Assembly (NCBI GenBank): GCA_021781215.1
Contig: JAJXXC010000002.1
Location: 83,371-147,370, forward strand
Length of the DNA stretch: 64,000 nt
DNA from: a bacterium
GTDB taxonomy: Bacteria > Patescibacteriota > Saccharimonadia > Saccharimonadales > DATKHC01
Direction of reading: 5' to 3'
The notes under the pieces are model-generated. The model had not been told where the DNA came from, did no database searches, and saw only the letters and a program-made list of their open reading frames with translations. Both the position numbers and the translations under genes were made by a program. Below are positions 21,068 through 30,878 of this stretch, one piece after another. Position 1 is the stretch's first letter. Every line of letters begins with the position of its first letter.

Positions 21068-23617
21068 ATGAATTTAGACAAGAACTATGACCCAGTAAAA
21101 TACGAGCCAAAAATCTATCAGAATTGGATAGATGGTGGTGCATTCAAATCGACCAATAAATCATCCGAATATTTCAGTATTGTATTACCACCACCTAACG
21201 CGAATGCGAGCTTGCATTTAGGCCATAACTTAACAGTTGCAGTTGAAGATATATCGGCTAGATACAACCGAATGCAGGGAAGAGACACTGTATTTATTCC
21301 AGGCGCAGATCATGCTGGATTTGAAACTTGGGTTGTTTATGAATCGAAATTAAATAAAGAAGGGAAGACCAGATTCGACTTCACTAACAAACAGTTATAT
21401 GACCAGGTATGGGACTTTGTTGCTAGTAATCAGCAGACTATGCTCAATCAGTTAAAAAAAATGGGGATATCAGCAGACTGGGATAGATTTACTTATACTC
21501 TTGATCAAAAAGTAGTTAACCAAGTTCATAATACCTTTAAAAAAATGTGGCAAGATGGGCTAGTCTACAGGGGTGAAAGATTAGTAAACTATTGCACGTT
21601 TCACGGAACATCATTCAGTGATATTGAGGTAGTTTATGAAAACCAAGCAGGTAAGCTATGGTACTTAAAATATCCGCTCAAAGATAGCCAGGATTTTATA
21701 GTTGTTGCCACCACGAGACCAGAAACAATACTTGGTGATACTGCAGTTGCCGTTAATCCTAAGGATAAAAAATATCTTAGCCTAATCGGTAAAACAGTGG
21801 TTCTACCGATTACTAATCGTGAAATTCCGATATTATCAGATCCAATGGTCGAATCTGACTTCGGTACTGGTGCGGTAAAAATAACTCCTGCCCACGACAT
21901 TAATGATTACGATTTAGCCGAAAGACATAATTTACCAATGATAAGCGTAATTAATAAACAGGGAATAATGGATGGCGATATACCGGTGCAATACCTTGGA
22001 CTATCTGTAAGCGAAGCTAGAGAAAAAATTATCAACGATTTAGAGAAACTAAACTTAGTAGAAAAAATCGAGGATTACTCTAACAGAGTTGGTTATTGCT
22101 ATAAGTGTCACACGGTTATTCAACCACTGTTAAGTAAACAATGGTTTGTAAAAATGAAGCCGTTGGCAGACGCTGCAATTAATCAACTAGAGCAATCAAG
22201 GATTAATTTTTATCCTTCCTCTAAACTTAATCAATCAATAGAGTACTTAAAAAATATCCGTGACTGGAATATTAGTCGACAAATTGCGTGGGGAATACCA
22301 ATTCCAGCATTTCAGAATAAATTAGACGAAAATGACTGGATTTTCGACGAGAGAGTTAATCAGGATGAGCTTACAATTAATGGAAAAACATATCTGCGAG
22401 ATCAGGACGTATTTGATACTTGGTTTTCTAGCGGGCAATGGCCATACACACTACTAGACTATCCAGACGGTGAGTCTTTCAAAAAATTCTATCCACTAAG
22501 CTTAATGGAAACTGGCGGTGAAATCCTATACCAATGGGTGTGTAGGATGATTATTTTAGGCATTTATATAACTGGTGAAATACCGTTTAAAAATGTTTAT
22601 ATTCACGGCTACGTCTTAGCCGATGATGGATCCAAAATGAGTAAGTCGGTAGGGAATGTCGTGGACCCTATACCCTTAATTGATAAATATGGTTCAGATG
22701 CAGTAAGAATCGGTTTAATTATCGGTCGAACTGCGGGCGTTAATCGAGGCTTTGATATCCGAAAAATTGAAGAGGGAAGAAACTTTGCTAATAAATTATG
22801 GAACATTGCTAGGTTTATCAAATCTAAAACTGATGAAACTTTTAGCTACGACGATAATCCTAACCCTACTTCGCCTCAAGATAGATGGGTATTGTCTAAA
22901 TTAGGGGAGATCTCGAAAACTGTATCTGAATTGCTGGAAAATTACCGTTATTCCGAAGCCTTTGATGCAATTTATAGTTTTACTTGGAATGATTTCGCCG
23001 ATTGGTATATTGAAAGCTCAAAAACACAATTAAATGTTTCTGTATTAAGCTACTGTTTTAGCAATATCTTAAGGATAGTTCATCCATTCGCTCCTTTTAT
23101 TAGTGAGGCAATATGGGGGAACTTAAATTGGCAGAAAGGTGAGTTTCTAGCAACGAGTAGTTGGCCTGAATTTAAATTCTCTGAAGTAGCAGACAATGAT
23201 TTTCAAACAATTATTAACCTAACAACCGAGATAAGATTCGTTAAGGCTACTCTTGGTGCTGAAACTAAATTAAACCTAGAGTCCAATAATCCACTGATAA
23301 ATAAACAGCTCGATACGTTAACTAGCCTATCAAAGCTAAGCACAGCCAAAGAAGGAGCAGGGGGGAGTGGCCTTAAATTACACTCAGCCGATAATGTCTG
23401 GATAAACCTATCTGCATCGGAAATAAAGAATTTTATTAATAGCCTCAAAAAACAGAAACAGGACCAATTGGCTACGATTAGAAATCTCGAAGCACGACTA
23501 CAAAATAAATCTTATCTTGAAAAAGCACCAGCCCATCTTGTAGTTGAAACCAAGAATGATCTAGCTACGCATAAATTTAATCTAGAAGAGCTAGATAAGC
23601 AGCTGGATAGTTTTTAG
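21068..23617 (+). CDS. valS: valine--tRNA ligase
   Basis: PPPNANASLHLGH, ATTRPET, DWNISRQ, DVFDTWFSS, KMSKS, C-terminal coiled coil. Confidence 0.96.
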   Translation: MNLDKNYDPVKYEPKIYQNWIDGGAFKSTNKSSEYFSIVLPPPNANASLHLGHNLTVAVEDISARYNRMQGRDTVFIPGADHAGFETWVVYESKLNKEGKTRFDFTNKQLYDQVWDFVASNQQTMLNQLKKMGISADWDRFTYTLDQKVVNQVHNTFKKMWQDGLVYRGERLVNYCTFHGTSFSDIEVVYENQAGKLWYLKYPLKDSQDFIVVATTRPETILGDTAVAVNPKDKKYLSLIGKTVVLPITNREIPILSDPMVESDFGTGAVKITPAHDINDYDLAERHNLPMISVINKQGIMDGDIPVQYLGLSVSEAREKIINDLEKLNLVEKIEDYSNRVGYCYKCHTVIQPLLSKQWFVKMKPLADAAINQLEQSRINFYPSSKLNQSIEYLKNIRDWNISRQIAWGIPIPAFQNKLDENDWIFDERVNQDELTINGKTYLRDQDVFDTWFSSGQWPYTLLDYPDGESFKKFYPLSLMETGGEILYQWVCRMIILGIYITGEIPFKNVYIHGYVLADDGSKMSKSVGNVVDPIPLIDKYGSDAVRIGLIIGRTAGVNRGFDIRKIEEGRNFANKLWNIARFIKSKTDETFSYDDNPNPTSPQDRWVLSKLGEISKTVSELLENYRYSEAFDAIYSFTWNDFADWYIESSKTQLNVSVLSYCFSNILRIVHPFAPFISEAIWGNLNWQKGEFLATSSWPEFKFSEVADNDFQTIINLTTEIRFVKATLGAETKLNLESNNPLINKQLDTLTSLSKLSTAKEGAGGSGLKLHSADNVWINLSASEIKNFINSLKKQKQDQLATIRNLEARLQNKSYLEKAPAHLVVETKNDLATHKFNLEELDKQLDSF

Positions 23618-23618
23618 T

Positions 23619-24464
23619 TTAATTAATTTCGAGGGCAGTCTTAATCCGCTGAATACTGTCTTCGGGGTCAGTGTCATTAAACCAAATAACATGCCATCCC
23701 ATCTTATCGGCAGCAGCAAGATTACTTCTTGAATCATCAATTAACAAAATCTCACCAGATTCTGCATCCGACTTCTGTTCTGCTTGTTGAAAAATCTGTA
23801 GCTCCGGCTTTAGTGACATCACGACAGATGAATCGATAATTGAGTCATAAATGATTTTTGGAATAAGCTCCCTAGACATTAGTTCGTCTATAAAACCTGG
23901 CATTATATCGCTAATAAGGCCTATTCTATAGTTAGCAGCTATCTGATTAACTAATCCATACATTCCTGGCATAGCTTCGACCGAACTCATGTAATAATCT
24001 TGAAAATTAATTTTTTCAATCTTAAGATCACCGGACAATTTTTCATTAAACTCATCGAGAGAGATTTTGCCTCTACATACGTCATCATTATAATGCCAAA
24101 AAACGGTTTCAACATCTTCAGAGCTTATTGAAAATTGATGTGCTATCTTTGTAAATGCTCGATGATAAAAACGAACGAGACATCCATTTATATCAAGATA
24201 AACAAATTTAATTCCAGATTTCGAAGTTTTCTTACCGGCCATCGATTTGCTACCAGCCACGTTTTCTAGTATTTCGCTCAACTCCAATCCAAGAGTATTA
24301 GCAATTTTTTGGATCGTAAAAATAGATGGAGCCTTGATTGCTCCACGTTCAATCTTAGCCAAAGTTGAATAGCTAAGATTAGCCCTTTGGCATAGTTGTT
24401 GCTGTGTTAAACCTTTAGATAGTCTAGCTAACTGCAGGGCCTTCCCTAAACCCACCTCATTCAT
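23619..24464 (-). CDS. XRE-type HTH fused to HAD-family hydrolase
   Basis: LTQQQLC...YSTLAKIERG (HTH_3); YLDINGCL, KP, LIDDS (HAD motifs). Confidence 0.82.
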   Translation of the reverse strand: MNEVGLGKALQLARLSKGLTQQQLCQRANLSYSTLAKIERGAIKAPSIFTIQKIANTLGLELSEILENVAGSKSMAGKKTSKSGIKFVYLDINGCLVRFYHRAFTKIAHQFSISSEDVETVFWHYNDDVCRGKISLDEFNEKLSGDLKIEKINFQDYYMSSVEAMPGMYGLVNQIAANYRIGLISDIMPGFIDELMSRELIPKIIYDSIIDSSVVMSLKPELQIFQQAEQKSDAESGEILLIDDSRSNLAAADKMGWHVIWFNDTDPEDSIQRIKTALEIN

Positions 24465-24517
24465 AGCATTATAATACTATCTCTGGGCATTAATTAAAAG
24501 CTGATAGTACTTAAAAG

Positions 24518-24697
24518 CTAGCCTTTTTTAATTATGCTCCGTAGGATTAGATATAAAAGCATTGCAAGAAGTAAACCAATTATAATTGCACCAATTAAGG
24601 CATTCTTTTTATTATTGCCGGTGGTCCTTAGTAATTTGTTATATGTCCAGCCGCCCGATCCAATACCAAATAATAAAGCGATTACAAGATTACTCAT
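24518..24697 (-). CDS. small two-TM membrane protein (59 aa, below track cutoff)
   Basis: Manual translation MSNLVIALLFGIGSGGWTYNKLLRTTGNNKKNALIGAIIIGLLLAMLLYLILRSIIKKG*; fills the gap on the same strand as its neighbours. Confidence 0.65.
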   Translation of the reverse strand: MSNLVIALLFGIGSGGWTYNKLLRTTGNNKKNALIGAIIIGLLLAMLLYLILRSIIKKG

Positions 24698-24715
24698 CTC
24701 AGTAAATTATACCAA

Positions 24716-25108
24716 TCAGAAGGCTAATCTACTAGCCATATTAGATAGTTTTTGGTGATTGACTGGGACTGATTCATCGGCCGCTTGTCTGTACTCATCT
24801 ACGGTATTAAATGCGATTACATGCACGTGGCAATGGGGAACATCAACACCTATAACCTGAAGCCCAATTCTTTTAGTCTGTAATACTTTTTTCATTCTTT
24901 TGGCTACTTTTTTTACGGTTAGCATGAGCGCTTGATAATTTTTATCATCTAAATCAAAAAACTGATCTACTTGAACTTTTGGGATTACTAATACATGACC
25001 GACTGCAATTGGATAGAGGGGAATAATAGCTATCGTGAGCTCGTCTTCGTAGACCTTATGGCAGGGAAGTTCGTGTTTTATAATTTTAGTAAATATGCTG
25101 TCTTCCAT
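24716..25108 (-). CDS. HIT family protein
   Basis: MEDSIFTKII, GHVLVIPK, VPHCHVHV. Confidence 0.92.
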   Translation of the reverse strand: MEDSIFTKIIKHELPCHKVYEDELTIAIIPLYPIAVGHVLVIPKVQVDQFFDLDDKNYQALMLTVKKVAKRMKKVLQTKRIGLQVIGVDVPHCHVHVIAFNTVDEYRQAADESVPVNHQKLSNMASRLAF

Positions 25109-25361
25109 AAGCTCTTTTAATTTTAATACTCTAGATGATATTAACCAATTCAATAATTATGAGCAGATAAATGTATTTCAAGCATTCAATCTACTAGCAT
25201 TATATAGGCCGTTAAATCATTCTTAGTCGTCAAAAAGGGGAACTGGCATAAATTTAATTAAATTGCATTGAGGGGCCTGTATTTATGTCAAAACTGCCAT
25301 AAATTACAACAAGGTCGGTGCCTGTACTAAAACAGCCGCAGAACTCTTAGGTCTGGAATTC

Positions 25362-25757
25362 CTAGCGAATATTAACTTCAAGTCCCGGCTCTAATAATAT
25401 ACATTCCTCTGCGAGTAGACGACGATGACATTGATCGGGCTGATTCTCAACACATAGAACAGTTACTACTCCATTTTTTGCTAAGTCTATGAGCGCAGCA
25501 ATTTTTGCCATAGCCAGAGGCAGTCTTAAATATTCTCTATATCCTTCTTCGAATTCAGGCCAAGTCATTCCTCTTTTGCGATAAGCCCCGATAAGTATTG
25601 GCGGGGGAGAAAGCTCCGGCCACCATTCATCATAAAGTTCTGGTAATATCTCTGGGTCAAGGGTAATACCATCATTCATTGTATGGCGACTCATAATAGA
25701 AATGCGTTTACCATCTATTGATTGTGGCCATGATTTAATCGACTTGGTATTTAGCAT
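25362..25757 (-). CDS. DUF488 family protein
   Basis: DGKRISIM, WWPELSPP, WPEFEEGY, VLCVE...CHRRLL. Confidence 0.8.
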   Translation of the reverse strand: MLNTKSIKSWPQSIDGKRISIMSRHTMNDGITLDPEILPELYDEWWPELSPPPILIGAYRKRGMTWPEFEEGYREYLRLPLAMAKIAALIDLAKNGVVTVLCVENQPDQCHRRLLAEECILLEPGLEVNIR

Positions 25758-25787
25758 AAAACACGCATTGATTTCTTGTGAATTATT

Positions 25788-25880
<93 letters not shown>

Positions 25881-25920
25881 GTCTACTAAGATATTTTAAC
25901 CTAAATAAATATAATTTAGA

Positions 25921-26151
25921 CTAGATAACTTTTCTTGCACCGTAGAACCAAGCTAGTACTGCAAAGCTCAAAGCTAAAATTATGCTGGCAATACCATGTT
26001 CAATATATTTATGAGTTGATGCAACAGCGTAACCCGGTAGATGGTGATATAGCGACCCTGCTGGGGTTGTAATGTAGTAGACGCCTAGTATTAAGGAGGC
26101 TACTGCTATAGCAATAAATACTGCTAATAAGATTTTTTTCATTATAACCAT
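25921..26151 (-). CDS. small membrane protein
   Basis: Two hydrophobic segments; coupled to the murL stop. Confidence 0.65.
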   Translation of the reverse strand: MVIMKKILLAVFIAIAVASLILGVYYITTPAGSLYHHLPGYAVASTHKYIEHGIASIILALSFAVLAWFYGARKVI

Positions 26152-27437
26152 TATATTTTAATCTTTTTAATTAGCAATTTAGACATTTCTTCAGGCATAT
26201 CATCTGCTCCAAGTAGTTGATAATCATAGTCGACCGGTAAATCAAATTGATACTTATCGAGTTGAGGATAAATGTTCTGAGCTAACCTCATAGCAGACCT
26301 AGACTCTTTGATTTCACCGACACAGTCAAGTGGCTTATCTCCTGAAATACCTATTATTTGTCTATACAGTTGGTCCATGCTCGTATCTAATATCAGGTTT
26401 TTGTGCCAAAGTTTTTCAAGTTTCTTTCGTTTAACAAATGGGGTAAAAGCTAAGAAAATAAATGCACATTTTGGACATTTTCCGCACCAATAGATTGATT
26501 CGCTTTGATGGGTGTAGGCATTATTGCAAGAACTAAAAACTGACTTATATTTATTAAAATATCTTGTGGCGAAAAGTTCAGATATATATATTTCGCTTAG
26601 TGGTCGTAGGAAAGAATAGTAGCGTATAGAATCTCCATAATTTGCCCCTAGGTAAGACTGCAGTAGTCTTTCGAACTCTGAACTCTTTGAATACTGATGA
26701 TTAACTTCTATCCCGTCATACTCTAGCGTTGCTTCGTTTGCCGAACGCTCGTTTGACATAACTACATCTTTTCTGCCAGTTAAAATTGCTACAACAACGC
26801 CAACTAGACCAAATATAGCCGATATTGGTACGTGTCCATTGTAGGCGTCCTCTTGATTAAGTTTAATTAATTGTCGGTCCCACTGTCGTTCGACAAAAAA
26901 ATGTTTAGATTTCATTTTCTTAACCAAGGGTTCTAATTGTTTTCGATGGTCTAGGCTCCACGTAGCCAAGTCATGACCTGAATCCTTTAAAAATTCGTAA
27001 GATACCAGCGAGTCCTTGCCACCACCAATACTAAGAAGGAGACCTGAACTCTGAAATTCTAATTTTGGTTTAACTTCTAGGTCATTTTTAGGAAAATTTA
27101 TATCGCTACGAGGATTTAGGTGATTGACGTAGAAAAATTCACCAAGTCCTTTTTGATAAGTTGACTTAAAAAAATTGTAATCATTAACTGATAATTTCTG
27201 ACCATTAATAATAATTTTCGGGGCCATATAGGCCTTAAAATACGAAATTCCAGACATAATAAATAGCGAATAGATAGCTCTGTCCAATACTTGCTTATCA
27301 AAAGTCACGAAATCAAAATCAAATTTATAGGTTTCACAAAAATTAAGAATTCCGTCATAACTATAATAAAGCCTTAAGTTTTTGGAATCAGCATCAAAAT
27401 TATAGCTCTCGAAAATAAAATTATTGTATTTGATCAT
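26151..27437 (-). CDS. murL: UDP-MurNAc-L-Ala-L-Glu epimerase MurL-like
   Basis: GGGKDS (PP-loop), NGHVPISAI, SNERSANE, NHQYSKS, FSSCN, WCGKCPKCAF, KPLDCVGE; overlaps the murD stop. Confidence 0.8.
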   Translation of the reverse strand: MIKYNNFIFESYNFDADSKNLRLYYSYDGILNFCETYKFDFDFVTFDKQVLDRAIYSLFIMSGISYFKAYMAPKIIINGQKLSVNDYNFFKSTYQKGLGEFFYVNHLNPRSDINFPKNDLEVKPKLEFQSSGLLLSIGGGKDSLVSYEFLKDSGHDLATWSLDHRKQLEPLVKKMKSKHFFVERQWDRQLIKLNQEDAYNGHVPISAIFGLVGVVVAILTGRKDVVMSNERSANEATLEYDGIEVNHQYSKSSEFERLLQSYLGANYGDSIRYYSFLRPLSEIYISELFATRYFNKYKSVFSSCNNAYTHQSESIYWCGKCPKCAFIFLAFTPFVKRKKLEKLWHKNLILDTSMDQLYRQIIGISGDKPLDCVGEIKESRSAMRLAQNIYPQLDKYQFDLPVDYDYQLLGADDMPEEMSKLLIKKIKI

Positions 27438-28744
27438 AGATTATTGACTGCTTCTTCAAAAGCCTTGCCTCTCTCTTCAAAATTCTTGAACATATCAAAG
27501 CTAGCAAAACCCGGGGATAAAAGCACAGCATCTCCTTCGCTAGCATAATTAGTAGCCAATTCAACAACCTCGGTCATATTTTTAGCGTTCGTTATCTCAT
27601 AATTAGCGTAATTTTGGCCATCCAACTCTTTAGCTAAACGAGCGGCGCTAGCACCAATCAAAATTAGTTTCTTAACTAATCCATTTTTATCCTCACTGAT
27701 TATAGATTCAGACAAGGACTTCAAATCTAGATTTCTATCAAAACCACCAACAATTAATACCTTCGGCTTAGTTATGGCCTTCATTCCAGCAATAGCTGCA
27801 TCGGGCGCTGAAGCAAAGGAATCATTGTAATACCTGATTCCGTTTTTCTCTCTTATAAATTCAAGCCTATTTTTCAAGCCAGTAAAATTCTTAATAACCC
27901 TAGCAATAGCATCTTTACTTTTCGAAATCTGCCAAATACATGTCACGGCTGCGCATATATTCTCTAGATTATGCCTTCCCAATAATCCAACTTCACTAAC
28001 GGCACAGATAATTTGATCTTCGATAACTATATGTTGATTTTGAATAATCGCACCAGGGGTCTCTAGATATGGTACCCGATTGGCTAAACTAGTCTCTGCC
28101 AAAGACTTCGATTTATCATTTAGGGCATGGTAGATTACGATGTCATTTTCCGTCTGATGCTTAACAATATTTCGCTTTGAGTCTATATAACTCTCGATTT
28201 GTCCATGCCAATCAAGATGATCCTGGGTAATCATAAGACAAACTGCAATATGGGGAGAATAGTTACAATCAGATAACTGAAAACTAGACATCTCTAAAAC
28301 AATAAAATCATCCGCGCTAACTCTACCGAGTAAATTTAACGCCGGGATGCCAATATTACCAGCTAAATAAGACTTCTTACCGATCTCAATCAACATTTTA
28401 TGAATTAAAGTTGAGGTAGTACCTTTGCCCTTGGTACCGGTTACACCAATAATATTCTTAGTAGGTGACATTTGGAAAAAAATGTTTGTCCCACTGGTAA
28501 TCTTAGACTTATCAATTCCGGTATTATTATCAAAGATTAACGCTGGGTTTAGTCCGGGAGACCTAACAATTAGATCAAATTTGTCTAAATTTGTTAGATA
28601 ATCTTGGCCTAGCTGATAATTAATGCCAGAAACTTTCTCTAAGTCCGGGTTCTGATCACATATGGTTATCGAGTTTTCGGACTGATTAAAATAATTTAGA
28701 GTAGCGACGCCCTCTAGACCATATCCTAAAATTGCAATTTTCAT
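27434..28744 (-). CDS. murD: UDP-MurNAc-L-Ala--glutamate ligase (probably MurD2-type)
   Basis: RSPG, GVTGTKGKGTT, LEMSSFQL, DHLDWH, YNDS, LSPGFASFDMFKNFEERG. Confidence 0.92.
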   Translation of the reverse strand: MKIAILGYGLEGVATLNYFNQSENSITICDQNPDLEKVSGINYQLGQDYLTNLDKFDLIVRSPGLNPALIFDNNTGIDKSKITSGTNIFFQMSPTKNIIGVTGTKGKGTTSTLIHKMLIEIGKKSYLAGNIGIPALNLLGRVSADDFIVLEMSSFQLSDCNYSPHIAVCLMITQDHLDWHGQIESYIDSKRNIVKHQTENDIVIYHALNDKSKSLAETSLANRVPYLETPGAIIQNQHIVIEDQIICAVSEVGLLGRHNLENICAAVTCIWQISKSKDAIARVIKNFTGLKNRLEFIREKNGIRYYNDSFASAPDAAIAGMKAITKPKVLIVGGFDRNLDLKSLSESIISEDKNGLVKKLILIGASAARLAKELDGQNYANYEITNAKNMTEVVELATNYASEGDAVLLSPGFASFDMFKNFEERGKAFEEAVNNL

Positions 28745-28820
28745 TACTTTTTATTATATCAATTAAATATAGGTAAATAACTTAAAAATACTATTCGTGC
28801 AATGCTATAATAATTCACCA

Positions 28821-30209
28821 ATGGGTACCAAAAAAAACAATATTTTTGAAAAAACAATCGAAGCCCCAGCAAAAATTCTCGAATCTAGTTTTGAAACTAG
28901 CCATAAAATTGCCAATAAAGTTCCTCGAAACAGTAAAATTAACCCCTATAAACGGGCTAGGGACTACTGGTATACGCTAGGGCCCGGCCTAACAACCGGC
29001 GCATCAGACGACGACCCATCAGGCATCGCCACTTACTCGCAGACAGGAGCTCAATACGGCCTGGGCTTACTTTGGATGGCGGCATTCACTTTTCCGCTCA
29101 TGGCTGTCGTCCAAGAGATGTGTGCCAGAATCGGACTAGTCACAGGAAGGGGACTAGCTGGCAATATTCGTAAACATTTTGGTAAAAAAGTTTTATATGG
29201 CAGTACAATCCTACTTTTTGCTGCCAATACTTTCAATATTGGCGCAGATATTGGGTCAATGGCAAAGGCCGTACAATTACTAGCACCTAGAATTAATTTC
29301 AGCCTCCTGACCATTGGTTTTAGTATCTTTATATTATTACTACAGATCTTAACCCCATATGTTAAATATGCTAAATACTTAAAGTGGCTAGCTCTAATTT
29401 TATTTGTCTATATCGCATCGGCAATTTTGGCCCATCCAGACTGGAATATGATCGTTCGGCATGGAATAATCCCACACATAACCATGAGCCGTGATCAAAT
29501 TCTTCTAATTTGCGCTATTCTTGGGACAACGATCACCCCATATCTATTTTTCTGGCAAACCTCCCAAGAGATAGATGAGGAAATAGCCGCAGGAGCTACG
29601 ACCATTGCCAAAAGAGCAGGATCAGATAAAGTTCAGATGAAGTCCATGAGGGTAGACGTATGGTCGGGAATGTTCATATCTAACTTAGTAATGTTCTTCA
29701 TCATTGCCGCCTGTGGAAGCATTTTATTTACTCATGGAATAACCAACATAACTACAGCAGCTCAAGCAGCAGAAGCGCTGAGACCATTTGCGGGAAATGC
29801 GACTTATCTATTATTCGCAATCGGTATTATTGGTACCGGGCTATTGGCCATACCAGTTATGGCTGGGGCTAGCGCTTACGCCGTTAGTGAAACGATTGGT
29901 AAAAGACAGGGGTTAAACTCTAAACTTAAGCAAGCTTCAGCATTTTACGGAATTATTATTTTTTCCATGCTGATAGGGTTAGGCCTTAACTTTATCGGCC
30001 TAGATCCAATTAAGGCTTTAATTTATTCTGCTGTAGGCAACGGAATCGTAGCTCCAGTAATTTTGGTACTAATTTTATTAATCGCTAGAAATGAAAAAGT
30101 TATGGGAGAATGGAAAAATGGCAAACTATCTGCATCGTTAGGATGGATATTAACCCTACTGATGACAGTGTCTGGAGTGGCCGTAATCTATACTTTGTTT
30201 ATAAATTGA
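28821..30209 (+). CDS. NRAMP-family divalent metal transporter
   Basis: LGPGLTTGASDDDPSGIATYSQ, QEMCARIG, GTTITPY; many TM segments. Confidence 0.9.
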   Translation: MGTKKNNIFEKTIEAPAKILESSFETSHKIANKVPRNSKINPYKRARDYWYTLGPGLTTGASDDDPSGIATYSQTGAQYGLGLLWMAAFTFPLMAVVQEMCARIGLVTGRGLAGNIRKHFGKKVLYGSTILLFAANTFNIGADIGSMAKAVQLLAPRINFSLLTIGFSIFILLLQILTPYVKYAKYLKWLALILFVYIASAILAHPDWNMIVRHGIIPHITMSRDQILLICAILGTTITPYLFFWQTSQEIDEEIAAGATTIAKRAGSDKVQMKSMRVDVWSGMFISNLVMFFIIAACGSILFTHGITNITTAAQAAEALRPFAGNATYLLFAIGIIGTGLLAIPVMAGASAYAVSETIGKRQGLNSKLKQASAFYGIIIFSMLIGLGLNFIGLDPIKALIYSAVGNGIVAPVILVLILLIARNEKVMGEWKNGKLSASLGWILTLLMTVSGVAVIYTLFIN

Positions 30210-30212
30210 TTC

Positions 30213-30272
30213 TTACGCTGTTTTAGCTTTTTTTGGTTTTTTAATTTCTTTTCGGCCTTTATCTTTTGACAT
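30213..30272 (-). CDS. putative 19-aa lysine-rich small protein
   Basis: MSKDKGRKEIKKPKKAKTA*, with AAGGA 5 nt upstream of ATG. Confidence 0.45.
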   Translation of the reverse strand: MSKDKGRKEIKKPKKAKTA

Positions 30273-30336
30273 AAAAATCCTTGTTAGTCTTAGTTGTAAT
30301 GCTTAGTATAACTTAGAAAATTATAAAATAAAGACC

Positions 30337-30837
30337 TTATCTAAAATTATTAAAGCTAAGAGGGTAATCAAGATCATTAGACCTAAGCAGTGCCATCACT
30401 GACTGAAGATCATCTTTCTTTGCAGAAAATACTCTTACAGCATCTCCCTGAATTTGCACCTTCACCTTAGGGAATGATTCCCTAATCAACGAACTAATCT
30501 GCTTAGCCTTTTCCTGATTTAAGCCCTTCTTGAAAGGCACTCCCCAAGAAACTTTAAAATTAGATTCATTAGGTTTATTAGCATCAAGGTCTAAAGTTTT
30601 AAGACTTTGTCCCCTTAAAGATAGTTTTTTTCTAAAAATATCTACTATTACATCTAATTGGTATTGGTTCTCGCCAATAATTTTGATTCCACTCTTGTCG
30701 CTGTCCAGCCACTCTAGATTAATATTTGCAGATTTAAAATCATAACGATTACTAATTTCACGCTGAGTCTGATCGAAAACATTATTCATCTCTGCTTTAT
30801 CAAACTCACTTACAATATCAAAACTAAAATCAGCCAT
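30337..30837 (-). CDS. yajQ: YajQ family nucleotide/c-di-GMP-binding protein
   Basis: SFDIVSE, RYDFK, QIQGDAVRV...KKDDLQ...FNNFR. Confidence 0.92.
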   Translation of the reverse strand: MADFSFDIVSEFDKAEMNNVFDQTQREISNRYDFKSANINLEWLDSDKSGIKIIGENQYQLDVIVDIFRKKLSLRGQSLKTLDLDANKPNESNFKVSWGVPFKKGLNQEKAKQISSLIRESFPKVKVQIQGDAVRVFSAKKDDLQSVMALLRSNDLDYPLSFNNFR

Positions 30838-30878
30838 GGGGTTATTATATCGGATATATTAGATTATTTAAGTATCGG

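Noticed and set aside
25270..25295. dif-like site (TTATGTCAAA resembles the XerD arm)
   Set aside because: No XerC-like arm at 6-bp spacing.
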